Of a stretch of 29,878 nt of DNA, positions 8,843 to 17,447 are shown one piece after another. Origin of the DNA: Candidatus Thorarchaeota archaeon. Its GTDB lineage: Archaea > Asgardarchaeota > Thorarchaeia > Thorarchaeales > Thorarchaeaceae. The stretch's first letter is position 1, and every line of letters starts with the position of its first letter. The stretch lies in the NCBI GenBank assembly GCA_011364905.1, contig RDNZ01000034.1:1-29878 (forward strand), given 5' to 3'. A program made the position numbers and the translations under genes. The notes beneath the pieces are model-generated. The model had not been told where the DNA came from and did no database searches. It saw nothing but the letters and a program-made list of their open reading frames with translations.

Positions 8843-9064
8843 TTAACTTGTTTCTGAACCAGCTATCCAACCACTGGTTTTTACCCCGTGCTTCTCAAGC
8901 CAATAAATGACAAGCCAGACCGTGGATGCAAGTACGATGAACATTGCAAAGATTGAGTTGATGTACAACGCAGCACCATAATCCATCCCCGGTGGATATC
9001 CAAAAATAAGCACAGAGAAAGTTAGAAATTCAATGAGCACAGCTGCTACTAGTATCAAGAACAT
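8843..9064 (-). CDS. Small two-TM membrane protein
   Basis: 73-aa ORF with two hydrophobic helices; start uncertain. Confidence 0.5.
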   Translation of the reverse strand: MFLILVAAVLIEFLTFSVLIFGYPPGMDYGAALYINSIFAMFIVLASTVWLVIYWLEKHGVKTSGWIAGSETS

Positions 9065-9297
9065 TAGTTTGGAAGTATTCTTCGTGTTCTATCGCCTCTA
9101 ATTACCAATCTGGCATCTGCAAAGATTGGGTCCGGTCAAGCCATTGAAATAGCATACCAAGACCACTATCCAATCTATACACATAATGTCGCCAATTTGC
9201 ATAAACATTGCGACGAGATTCACTCGCTTCATTATCCATCCTGTCAATGTCACGTATTTAATACAAAGCTCAGAAGTAAACTTCTGGAGGACACGTC

Positions 9298-10446
9298 ATG
9301 ACGAAGCGCACAAGGTTACTAGTTCCAATTATTGTTGTTCTATTCATAGCACTGGGCTGTTTTTCATTAGTCAGAGCCGATACACAAGTGCAGGAGGAAA
9401 TCAAAGTCTTCGTGGACACGGATGCAGCTCCTGATGACTTCAGTGCTCTCATGTACCTTCTAAGACATCCATCGGTCACAGTCATTGGGATTGGTATATC
9501 ATGTGGTGTATCCTACGTTGACCGCGGTGTTAGCAACACACTCCGAGTCCTGGAATATTTGGGAATCAGCAATATCCCGGTCGCTGCAGGAAAATACACC
9601 CCTCTAGTAGTTGACCACGCCTTTCCAAAGTCGTGGAGAGAATCAAGTAACAACTCCTATGGACTCGATCTTCCGACAACTAGTCAGACACCCTCAGAAA
9701 TGAATGCTTCTGAGCTCATGATATCGTTGATTAGTGGTGCTCAAGAAAATGTGACCATTGTGTGTCTTGGTCCACTCACTAACATAGCTATCGCACTTGA
9801 AGCTCAACCATCAATCAAATCCAAGATTGACAAGATCCATCTCATGGGTGGAGCAGTTGAGGTTGCAGGCAACGTTGGTCCTGAATCGGGTGGAGCAATC
9901 CCGAACTACGTTGCAGAGTGGAATATGTGGGTTGACCCTCAGGCTGCTGACATTGTTTTCAAGTCTGGAGTTCCTATCACAATGGTCTCACTTGACGCCA
10001 CAAATCATGTCCCAGTGACAGAGGATTTCAAGATTCGACTAGAGGGTGTCATGGTCACTCCGGAGGCACGGTTTGTTTACAACGCTACCACGGTTGGTCT
10101 TTATTTCTGGGACCCGCTTACAGCTGTTTCTCTAACAAATCCCGAGGTCGTGACCTTTGAAGAACACCATATTGCGATTGTAGTTGACTTACTGAATCAT
10201 GAAGGACAGACAAACTCAACTGGAGCTGGTAGTGTGAATGCGATAGTTGCTGTGAATGCAGACGCAGATACCTTTGAAGACCTTTTCATCGGATATATCA
10301 ATGGTCATTTACCTACTACACCTATCACAAGTACTCCAACTACTCCAACAAGTGGCGGTCCAATGGAGCCATTATTGATTTTCGCTGTCATAAGCGGGGT
10401 TGCAGTGGTGGCAATAGGCGCAGTTGTATGTATGCGGAGAAAATAG
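9298..10446 (+). CDS. Nucleoside hydrolase (IU-NH family) with signal peptide and C-terminal membrane anchor
   Basis: DTDAAPDD (DxDxxxDD), LGPLTNIA, MGG...GN, AEWNMWVDPQAA and WDPLTA; N-terminal KR plus hydrophobic stretch; Thr/Pro linker, TM and RRK tail. Confidence 0.9.
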   Translation: MTKRTRLLVPIIVVLFIALGCFSLVRADTQVQEEIKVFVDTDAAPDDFSALMYLLRHPSVTVIGIGISCGVSYVDRGVSNTLRVLEYLGISNIPVAAGKYTPLVVDHAFPKSWRESSNNSYGLDLPTTSQTPSEMNASELMISLISGAQENVTIVCLGPLTNIAIALEAQPSIKSKIDKIHLMGGAVEVAGNVGPESGGAIPNYVAEWNMWVDPQAADIVFKSGVPITMVSLDATNHVPVTEDFKIRLEGVMVTPEARFVYNATTVGLYFWDPLTAVSLTNPEVVTFEEHHIAIVVDLLNHEGQTNSTGAGSVNAIVAVNADADTFEDLFIGYINGHLPTTPITSTPTTPTSGGPMEPLLIFAVISGVAVVAIGAVVCMRRK

Positions 10447-10457
10447 CTGAATTCACT

Positions 10458-10523
10458 TTTTCCGGTACTACCAAATCCACTCTCTCCCCGTTCTGTGTCC
10501 GAGAGTTCATCCACCTCAATGAA
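10458..10523 (-). repeat. Duplicated 3' end (22 codons) of the dUTPase gene
   Basis: Encodes FIEVDELSDTERGESGFGSTGK versus dut FIEVDELSDTERGEGGFGSTGR (10859-10924); 54/66 nt identical. Confidence 0.93.
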
Positions 10524-10542
10524 CCTGCGACCGTGTCTATGT

Positions 10543-10830
10543 TTATTCAAGTGTTGACCTGGTTAGACGACGATAGAGTAGGTAAATTGCTATAGATACA
10601 ATTGCCAAAGAAACTAGAAACAAAGATCCATCTGGAATGTGCATTTCAATCTCAGTAACAGGTGTATGCTCCACTGGACCACTGATTTGTGAAAGAAACT
10701 TCATATTTATGATAATAGAAAACAGAACTACAATTACAGCCACAGTTACAACAATCCCAATAAGTGTAGTATTATAATCAACATACTCGCGCTCACGGGA
10801 TACATTGTTGAGTGCCATGTATGAAGACAC
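10543..10830 (-). CDS. Small two-TM membrane protein lying between dut and its duplicated 3' end
   Basis: 95 aa, two hydrophobic helices, basic C-terminus. Confidence 0.65.
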   Translation of the reverse strand: MSSYMALNNVSREREYVDYNTTLIGIVVTVAVIVVLFSIIINMKFLSQISGPVEHTPVTEIEMHIPDGSLFLVSLAIVSIAIYLLYRRLTRSTLE

Positions 10831-10855
10831 TCATGAAACCAATTAAAGGATAGGA

Positions 10856-11290
10856 CTATCTTCCTGTACTCCCGAAACCACCCTCTCCCCTCTCAGTGTC
10901 TGAGAGTTCATCCACTTCGATGAACTCAACCTCCGGCACAGGTCGGATTGCCAACTGACTGATACGCATCCCCTTGGTGATTTTGAAGGGCTCTCCATTG
11001 TGGTTTATCATGATGGTCTTGACCTCACCACGATAACCACTATCAATAGTCCCTGGAGTGTTTAGGACAGTGACACCCTCCTTGAGTGCCAAGCCGCTCC
11101 TTGGCCGCACCTCTCCCTCATATCCTGATGGGATCTCCAATGCGATCCCAGTGGGGACAGCAAACCTCTCTCCTGGTCTTAGCTCGTAGTCTATCGTAGA
11201 AAACAGATCGAATGCAACATCCCCTCTTTTGGCTGCTTTAGGCATCTTGGCTTCAGGTGAGAGTAGTTTGACACGCACTTTTACAGTCAT
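10856..11290 (-). CDS. dut: Trimeric dUTP diphosphatase
   Basis: All five motifs present: AFDL, RPRSGLA, GTIDSGYRGE, RISQL, RGEGGFGSTG; ATG at 11290 (MTVKVRVK) preferred. Confidence 0.96.
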   Translation of the reverse strand: MTVKVRVKLLSPEAKMPKAAKRGDVAFDLFSTIDYELRPGERFAVPTGIALEIPSGYEGEVRPRSGLALKEGVTVLNTPGTIDSGYRGEVKTIMINHNGEPFKITKGMRISQLAIRPVPEVEFIEVDELSDTERGEGGFGSTGR

Positions 11291-11404
11291 TTGGATGCCT
11301 CTGAAAAGCACCAAGCTTTTTGTCAGATATACCTGTGGGTGATAGTATAGCCTAGTTGGTAACATTTATATACAAATTATGCATAGTGCTATATATCGTA
11401 CAGT

Positions 11405-11423
11405 ATATTGTTACACACAATAT
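11405..11423. promoter_or_regulatory. Inverted repeat, candidate PadR autoregulatory operator
   Basis: ATATTGT-TACAC-ACAATAT in the divergent dut/padR intergenic region, about 35 bp before the PadR start. Confidence 0.45.
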
Positions 11424-11455
11424 CTGCGAACACAATGATAACAGAGGTAAACTAA

Positions 11456-11818
11456 GTGTCAATGTCTAAAAAGACGCAAGAGGAACTGGACCGATGGTCC
11501 AAGGAAGTAAAGCGAGGAGCTGTGACTCTTGCTATCCTTGCCCTCCTCAGCAAGAGAAGGGCATACGGGTACGAGGCTGTCAAGATTCTCGATGAGAAGA
11601 TGTCTTTCTTGGCTCTTGAGCAGGGCACAGTCTATCCTTTGCTGAGACGACTAGAGAAGCGTGAGCTCCTGAAGTCTGAGTGGGACTATGATGATCCCAC
11701 CAAGCCCAAGAAGTACTATGCAGTGACTGAGGAGGGTCTGATGGCTCTTGGAGCAATGGAGCAGACCTGGTCTGTTCTCTCGCGCGAGATGCGCGGTGTC
11801 ATAACGGAGGTTGAATAA
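11456..11818 (+). CDS. PadR-family transcriptional regulator
   Basis: KRG...LAILALL...AYGYE, GTVYPLLRRLE, KKYYAVTEEG. Confidence 0.93.
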   Translation: MSMSKKTQEELDRWSKEVKRGAVTLAILALLSKRRAYGYEAVKILDEKMSFLALEQGTVYPLLRRLEKRELLKSEWDYDDPTKPKKYYAVTEEGLMALGAMEQTWSVLSREMRGVITEVE

Positions 11819-11820
11819 TA

Positions 11821-12939
11821 ATGAGTAGTAATGATCCATTGGAACTTATCGATCAGTATCTTGATCGTGTTAGAGTATACCTTCCTCTTGACAGTGAGGA
11901 TGCCATAGTCGAACTTCAAACTCACTTGATTGAGGAGGCTGAAAGAATCGGCGAGGGCAAAATGACTGCTGGCTCTGCGATGATGGCCATTGAAAGAATG
12001 GGTGACCCGAAGAGTGTCGCCAATGAATATGCAGGCTCTGGAAAGAAGGTTGGACCTGTTCCAGCTGAATATACCGGGCCCCTGAGCAGAATGCTCGTTG
12101 TGATTGCTGGAGTAGCACTAGCCCTCATCGTGGGCGCGATAATGATTGGAGCATCGCTCACACAACTGTTTGGAGCGAATATTCAGAACTGGCCATTCAG
12201 TATCCCAGTGATGATAGTGATCAATCTCACCATTCTCTTCGTGATAATTGGTGGAATCTCTATGCTCGACCGCAACAGGCCCTTGACAGAGAAGACAACT
12301 CTGGAGAGTTTCTTCGGAATCGGTGTGGAAGGCTTCAAGCCTAAGAGTCGAGTGGATGCTGCCTTTGACTTTGGAGGAGGCCTCTTCTGGGGCTTTGTCT
12401 TGCTTCTGCCAGCTGTAGTGAATCTCTATTCTGAGGCTTTCATGCAGTACTATCCGGTTGTTGCCATATTCCTGTTTCTAGGAGCGCTCAGAGGAGCACT
12501 CTTCTACATCGGTGGTGAGAACAACTTCAATCTGGCTGTAGAAGCAGTCCTGAGCGTAGTGTGGATTGGACTAGCTGTTATTCTCATTGGCGTAGGTTGG
12601 CCTATCCAATACGTCTATGGTAACACCAACGGAATCTGGTACAGATTTGATCTTCTTCAGTTCTTCCAGACTAACAACATCCCCTTTGTGCCGTTCCCCT
12701 ACATATGGACCTTCATCATGTTCATCACGGTGGCTTTCTCTGTCTGGAGAATCATCGTTTCTAGCATGAAAATCACCATGTATGTCCGTGCTGGGAAAGG
12801 GCTCTGGTGGCAAGGCAACTGGGGTAAGAGGCGTCGCTTGAAGACACCTCTCTGGAAGCGAGTTCTCGGAGACCAGCGATCATACCAGGGTGGTACAACC
12901 TACCACGATGGCTATCGCGAAGATGATGAGTCACAATAG
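11821..12939 (+). CDS. Membrane protein with N-terminal HAAS-like domain (PadR partner)
   Basis: IDQYLDRVRVYLP...ELQTHLIE...AIERMGDPKSVANEY followed by about 7 TM helices; starts 2 bp after padR. Confidence 0.8.
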   Translation: MSSNDPLELIDQYLDRVRVYLPLDSEDAIVELQTHLIEEAERIGEGKMTAGSAMMAIERMGDPKSVANEYAGSGKKVGPVPAEYTGPLSRMLVVIAGVALALIVGAIMIGASLTQLFGANIQNWPFSIPVMIVINLTILFVIIGGISMLDRNRPLTEKTTLESFFGIGVEGFKPKSRVDAAFDFGGGLFWGFVLLLPAVVNLYSEAFMQYYPVVAIFLFLGALRGALFYIGGENNFNLAVEAVLSVVWIGLAVILIGVGWPIQYVYGNTNGIWYRFDLLQFFQTNNIPFVPFPYIWTFIMFITVAFSVWRIIVSSMKITMYVRAGKGLWWQGNWGKRRRLKTPLWKRVLGDQRSYQGGTTYHDGYREDDESQ

Positions 12940-12950
12940 ATAATGAATCT

Positions 12951-12985
12951 GTGGGGGTGCAAGTCCCCCATGTCCTTTTTTTTCT
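12951..12985 (+). terminator. Hairpin plus T-tract terminator
   Basis: GTGGGGG-TGCAAGT-CCCCCAT followed by an 8-T run, 12 bp after the stop codon. Confidence 0.7.
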
Positions 12986-13073
12986 TCAGTCTTCTGTAAT
13001 ACTTGGCAAAAGTCATGCGCAAATAGAAACTCCTATTGTTATGTCAGAACTCTATTGTCGAGGCTGACTAATC

Positions 13074-13366
13074 ATGAGAGAGATTGAACTTGAGATATTC
13101 GAGAGTGGATGTGCACGACACAAGGTGGGTGAGAAGTACAAGTATCCAGAAGAAATTGGGAAGATGTGCACTTGGTTGGTCGAAAGCGCAATTCCTATGA
13201 TCAAAGTTCTGCGGCACGATGGTACTCTTGGGTGTACAAAGACACTCCCTATGAAAAGGTAATCAACAAGAATGGAGTTACAACAGAGTTCGTCCGTTGT
13301 CCTGACCCGACCTCAGCTGGCGTGGTTCTTAAAATCACTGCAACCCAGTCAAAGCAAGTCAAGTGA
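13074..13366 (+). pseudogene. Frameshifted TIGR04076-like small Cys protein
   Basis: 5' frame GCARHKVGEKY...MCTWLV...DGTL joins 3' frame WVYKDTPYEK...FVRCPDP...VVLKIT by a one-base shift near 13228; may be a sequencing error. Confidence 0.7.
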
Positions 13367-13428
13367 TTGACATTCAGCAGGTAACCCGGTGCATGAAGAA
13401 CAGGTCAATGTTGTCGCACCGACATATT

Positions 13429-13444
13429 ATTAACAATTGTTAAT
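13429..13444. promoter_or_regulatory. Perfect 16-bp palindrome, candidate metal-responsive operator
   Basis: ATTAACAATTGTTAAT, 18 bp upstream of the FTR1 start codon. Confidence 0.6.
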
Positions 13445-13462
13445 GAATTAACATGAGTAGAC

Positions 13463-14350
13463 ATGATAATCTCGCCAACAATTATTTCGTTAAGAGAAGG
13501 CCTAGAGGCAGTTCTGATAATTGCAATAATGTTGTCTTACCTCCGGAAGACAAAACAGAACGACCTCAGGAAATACGTGGTTTCAGGAACGGTAATGGCA
13601 ATAGTTGCGAGCCTTGGTGTTTCGATTGTGGTCGGACTATTATGGGGTGTCTTTGAAGGGCCCTCGTTGGATGTGTTTGAAGGTTCAGTGGTCCTTATAG
13701 CAGCTCTTCTTCTCACGACTATGATCATTTGGATGTGGAACGCTGGTGCCAGAGTTACTCAGGAAATCGAAACATCGATGAAAATGTCGGTTACTCAACA
13801 AAGTGGCATAGGACTAGCACTTCTGAGTTTTTCACTCGTCCTAAGAGAGGGAGTCGAACTATCACTTTTCAGCTTTGCATTGGTCTTTCAAGAGGGGATT
13901 CTGAGCTACATTGGCATCACACTCGGACTAGTCCTGGCTGCAGGTCTAGGTATAGGAATCTACGCAGGTACGCTCAGAATAAGCCTAAAGGCGTTGTTCA
14001 AATGGACCTCGATTTTTCTCATCCTGTTTGCAGCAGGTATGGTTGCCTATGGTATCCACGAGCTCCAAGATGGAGGGTTGCTCCTTATTGGACCGGTTGA
14101 GGTCTGGAACATCAATCCACCGCTTCTGCCCAATGGAAGTTACCCACTGCTCCATGAAGACGGTCTGATTGGCGGAATAGCCAAAGCATTGTTCGGATAC
14201 AATGGAAATCCTTCAGCACTTGAGGTGGTTGCCTATCTTGCTTACTTGGGTATTGCATTTTCATATCTATGGATGAAACAAAAAAGAGCATCCTCTCAGT
14301 CTATCGTGAAATCAGACAAAGCTGTAATTAGTACAGCGCCCTCGCAGTAG
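13463..14350 (+). CDS. FTR1/EfeU-family iron permease
   Basis: Two REGxE motifs (LREGLEA, LREGVEL), HELQD, FGYNGNPS; multiple TM helices. Confidence 0.93.
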   Translation: MIISPTIISLREGLEAVLIIAIMLSYLRKTKQNDLRKYVVSGTVMAIVASLGVSIVVGLLWGVFEGPSLDVFEGSVVLIAALLLTTMIIWMWNAGARVTQEIETSMKMSVTQQSGIGLALLSFSLVLREGVELSLFSFALVFQEGILSYIGITLGLVLAAGLGIGIYAGTLRISLKALFKWTSIFLILFAAGMVAYGIHELQDGGLLLIGPVEVWNINPPLLPNGSYPLLHEDGLIGGIAKALFGYNGNPSALEVVAYLAYLGIAFSYLWMKQKRASSQSIVKSDKAVISTAPSQ

Positions 14351-14382
14351 ATTTGTCCGACTAAGAAGGAACCACGACTCGA

Positions 14383-14667
14383 TCAGTGTATTGGTCTGGC
14401 TTTCCTCTGTTCTGTGTCCCTAATATGGACTTTTCCAGAATGTACTGCGCAGCTCACACAATAGTATGAGGTGACTCGTCGAGATTGAATATACGTGCCC
14501 TGTTGTCGGAGTTCTCGTGCAATCTGTGGCTCGACTGAGGATACATTCTTCGTGTACTTCTTCGCCTTATCTGCTGGGACAAGACGACCGCATCTTGAGC
14601 ATTGGACTGAACCCTTACGACCAGCCCCTCCTTTTGCTCGACCTGATGATTTTCTTTTCTTTGCCAA
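14383..14667 (-). CDS. rps26e: 30S ribosomal protein S26e (eS26)
   Basis: KKRKSSGRAKGG.GR...VQCSRCGRLVPADKAKK...YCVSCAVH. Confidence 0.96.
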   Translation of the reverse strand: MAKKRKSSGRAKGGAGRKGSVQCSRCGRLVPADKAKKYTKNVSSVEPQIARELRQQGTYIQSRRVTSYYCVSCAVHSGKVHIRDTEQRKARPIH

Positions 14668-14826
14668 ATCCTAAAATATACCACCTGGGCTTATACTTGG
14701 CCCAAGTGCTTTACACTCGAGCTTATAGCCTTGTAGTTGTGTTTAATCCTACAATCTTGTTGACTCCAAAGCCCTCTTGTCAATCTCATTGAAAAATGCT
14801 TAATCATCAGAAAAACGGAATAGATA

Positions 14827-14933
14827 TGGTGCCGCGGCGCGGATTTTTCGGCCACAGACTCGAAATGAGTCCATGTGAACCGCGGACAACACGGTCTTCA
14901 GCCGTGCGATCTCCCGGGCTAATCTACCGCGGC
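14827..14933 (-). tRNA. tRNA-Phe(GAA) with a 30-nt T-loop intron (56/57, at 14847..14876)
   Basis: Acceptor GCCGCGG/CCGCGGC-A-CCA, anticodon arm CACGG CT GAA GA CCGTG; removing the intron restores the T loop TTC^AAAT and gives 77 nt. Confidence 0.93.
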
Positions 14934-14991
14934 AGTGTCTGCAGTCTGTTTTCGACTGATTATGTGATATAAAGATAACGCCAAGGAGCGA

Positions 14992-15465
14992 CTATGCTAA
15001 TTTTTCTACTGCCATCTTTACCTCGTCAAAGGGCGGAAGTTTGCCGGGGTCTTCACTCACCCATGCATAGACAATGGTCTGGTCCACATCGATTACAAAG
15101 ACAGACCTCTTTGCGACATTCTTCATACCTGCGAGATTATCATAAACAATATCGTAGGCTTTGATGACATTCTTCTCCCAATCAGAGAGAAGGGGAAACT
15201 GGATGTCGTTCGCCTCCTTGAATGCTTTATGACTGAAAATCCCATCGACAGAAACCCCGAGCACGTTGGCTCCTATGTCGTTGTACTCAGCTAAAGCGTC
15301 TCTGAACGTGCAGAGTTCTTCCTGACATACTGATGTAAAATCTGCCGGATAAAAGACCAGCACTACAGGTCCCTTCTTGAGTTCTTCACTCAGAGTGACC
15401 TTCTTTCCTGGAGCCTCCAACAATGTAAAATCTGGAGCCTCACTTCCAATTTCTAAGCCAGCCAA
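14992..15465 (-). CDS. Peroxiredoxin (AhpC/TSA family, BCP/AhpE-like)
   Basis: APDFTL, FYPADFTSVCQEELC (PxxxTxxC), GVSVD, FPLLSD, RSVFVID. Confidence 0.93.
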   Translation of the reverse strand: MAGLEIGSEAPDFTLLEAPGKKVTLSEELKKGPVVLVFYPADFTSVCQEELCTFRDALAEYNDIGANVLGVSVDGIFSHKAFKEANDIQFPLLSDWEKNVIKAYDIVYDNLAGMKNVAKRSVFVIDVDQTIVYAWVSEDPGKLPPFDEVKMAVEKLA

Positions 15466-15531
15466 AATGTATGCCTCACCATGATTGGCTTTTTGGATGT
15501 ATTAAGACTTGAGATACTGCCAACCTATCCA

Positions 15532-16065
15532 CTACTTGATTTTGTAGTTCACATAACTTGCAACAAAAGCAGTGGCAATGGCCGCAGCGTTCACTCCAAG
15601 AATGTAGACAAAAAGTGGATCGAGGAACGCTAAAGTTGCAATCCAAGATGGTAGACTTCCTGCATCCGCAAATCCGAATGGAGCAAAGTAGAACAGAAAG
15701 AATAGACAGGTCATGAGACCTACGCCAACAAATGCAGGCATGTCTGTGGTGGAACGCGCAAAAGATGACAACCTACCAATCCAACCTATCTTTCTTTTCT
15801 CTCTCTGGCGTCTGCGTGTCCTTCTCTTTGACACGATGTTGGCCCAGCGATACATAGCCTCAGCCATGAGAGTGTATGCGCCGCAGAGAACAACCATGAC
15901 ACCAATGGAAACAAGGATCTGAAGTTCTGAACTCAGGACACTTATGTAGGCTTGTGCATGCCAGATAATTGGTATCTGAGCAAAACCCGCGAGTCCCAAG
16001 AATATCAAGATGAGTCCGGGTTTACTACCTCGTCTCCACCAAACTACAAGGCTCATTCTTCTCAC
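15532..16065 (-). CDS. Four-TM membrane protein with a basic loop
   Basis: Hydrophobic helices flanking KRRTRRRQREKRK. Confidence 0.65.
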   Translation of the reverse strand: MRRMSLVVWWRRGSKPGLILIFLGLAGFAQIPIIWHAQAYISVLSSELQILVSIGVMVVLCGAYTLMAEAMYRWANIVSKRRTRRRQREKRKIGWIGRLSSFARSTTDMPAFVGVGLMTCLFFLFYFAPFGFADAGSLPSWIATLAFLDPLFVYILGVNAAAIATAFVASYVNYKIK

Positions 16066-16123
16066 CTAGCTTGTGATTGTCCGCTCAGGTTTGAGTCTGC
16101 ACTTTAAGCTTTTGGAACAGAAA

Positions 16124-16696
16124 TTACAGTTTGTGCGACAGTATTCTGAACCATTGACCGTGATCCTCTGACTGGTGCTGAGCAAACCCAACTCCAGTAA
16201 CCAGGTCCAATACTTTGGGAAGCGTCTGATTTTGACCGCCCTTCATACCATATCCGGTCTTACAAAGTGTACCATCTGGAAGAGTGAAAGTGGCCCAGAG
16301 GACGATATTTGGTCCAGTTTCAGGAATCCGATTCACTAACATCGATAGTTGACCATTTCTCTTGAGCACCCGATATGCTTCCTGTAGGACGTCTTGCTTG
16401 ATGGCCCAGTCACTCATATAACCCAGAGAGAACCATAATGTGACAACATCGAAGCTCCCATCCATAAAACAAAGGTCTCTTCCATCGGCCACAAACCAAT
16501 TGGACGAGTGCTCATATATCTGAGCTTCTCTGATTTCACTTAACCTGATATCAAGTGCACAGACCCTGTCACCCTCTATCCGAGAAACGAGGCCCTCACC
16601 GCCGCCACCAATATCTAATACCAGACCGCCACTCTTCAATCGTTCAAGTCTAATCTTCTGTTCGGTGGTTTCTATATGTGAATCTGTCTCTCCCAA
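16124..16696 (-). CDS. Class I SAM-dependent methyltransferase
   Basis: VLDIGGGGEG, FDVVT, EAYRVLKRNG. Confidence 0.88.
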   Translation of the reverse strand: MGETDSHIETTEQKIRLERLKSGGLVLDIGGGGEGLVSRIEGDRVCALDIRLSEIREAQIYEHSSNWFVADGRDLCFMDGSFDVVTLWFSLGYMSDWAIKQDVLQEAYRVLKRNGQLSMLVNRIPETGPNIVLWATFTLPDGTLCKTGYGMKGGQNQTLPKVLDLVTGVGFAQHQSEDHGQWFRILSHKL

Positions 16697-16699
16697 GAC

Positions 16700-17335
16700 C
16701 TATTCCTCCTCGACTTCATCCACGAAATCAGATAGATCCTCAAGAATATCATCAAACCGAGAAACATGTTCAAGGGCCTGTTTATGAGCTTCATTAGCCT
16801 CTTTTGACCTTCCCTCTCCTTCATAGTAACTTATCAGGTTCAGCCATCCAACAAAATGGTCTGGGCGAATCTCTATAGCCCTCCTCAGAGCTCTCTCAGC
16901 CTCTTCAGACTTGTCAAGGTTTGAGAGCACCACGCCAAGATTACACCAGGTATCAGGGTCCTTTGGATTCAGCTGTGATGCCTTTCGGAATGCAATCTCT
17001 GCATCTTTGAGGTGCTCCATAGCATTGTAGACGCAACCAAGATTGTACCAGACTTCAGATTCTTCCTCACTATGCTCAAGAGCTCCTTTCAGTGCCTGTT
17101 CTGCCTCATCTAATCGGTTTTGGACAAATAGGACTGCTCCGAGGTCTCTCCAAGCTTCTACAAAACCTGGATCGATATCCAGAGCTGTCGAGAATGCAAC
17201 CTCAGCTCTTTCCATGTCGCCTTCGTCATATAGTCTATTACCAAGTTCGTACCAACTCTCCGGGCTTTTTACATCGGATCCCATTTCTTCGAGGTTTCTA
17301 AGCAGCCTGTCTCGGATTGATTCATCCATCTTCAT
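16700..17335 (-). CDS. Tetratricopeptide-repeat protein
   Basis: About 5 TPR units (WYELG, WRDLG, WYNLG, WCNLG, WLNL) at roughly 34-aa spacing. Confidence 0.92.
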   Translation of the reverse strand: MKMDESIRDRLLRNLEEMGSDVKSPESWYELGNRLYDEGDMERAEVAFSTALDIDPGFVEAWRDLGAVLFVQNRLDEAEQALKGALEHSEEESEVWYNLGCVYNAMEHLKDAEIAFRKASQLNPKDPDTWCNLGVVLSNLDKSEEAERALRRAIEIRPDHFVGWLNLISYYEGEGRSKEANEAHKQALEHVSRFDDILEDLSDFVDEVEEE

Positions 17336-17447
17336 TCCTCCACTGATTCTTCAATGATGTTTTGGAAAGGTTTCACTCTTATGAAGAGATTGGGAAAGTG
17401 ATAGAAAACAAGGAATATTACGTCGTTTCACAGTGTAAATCGTAAGT

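Noticed and set aside
10305-10550. 81-aa ORF as a real gene
   Set aside because: It is the displaced dut fragment read through antisense into the nucleoside hydrolase gene
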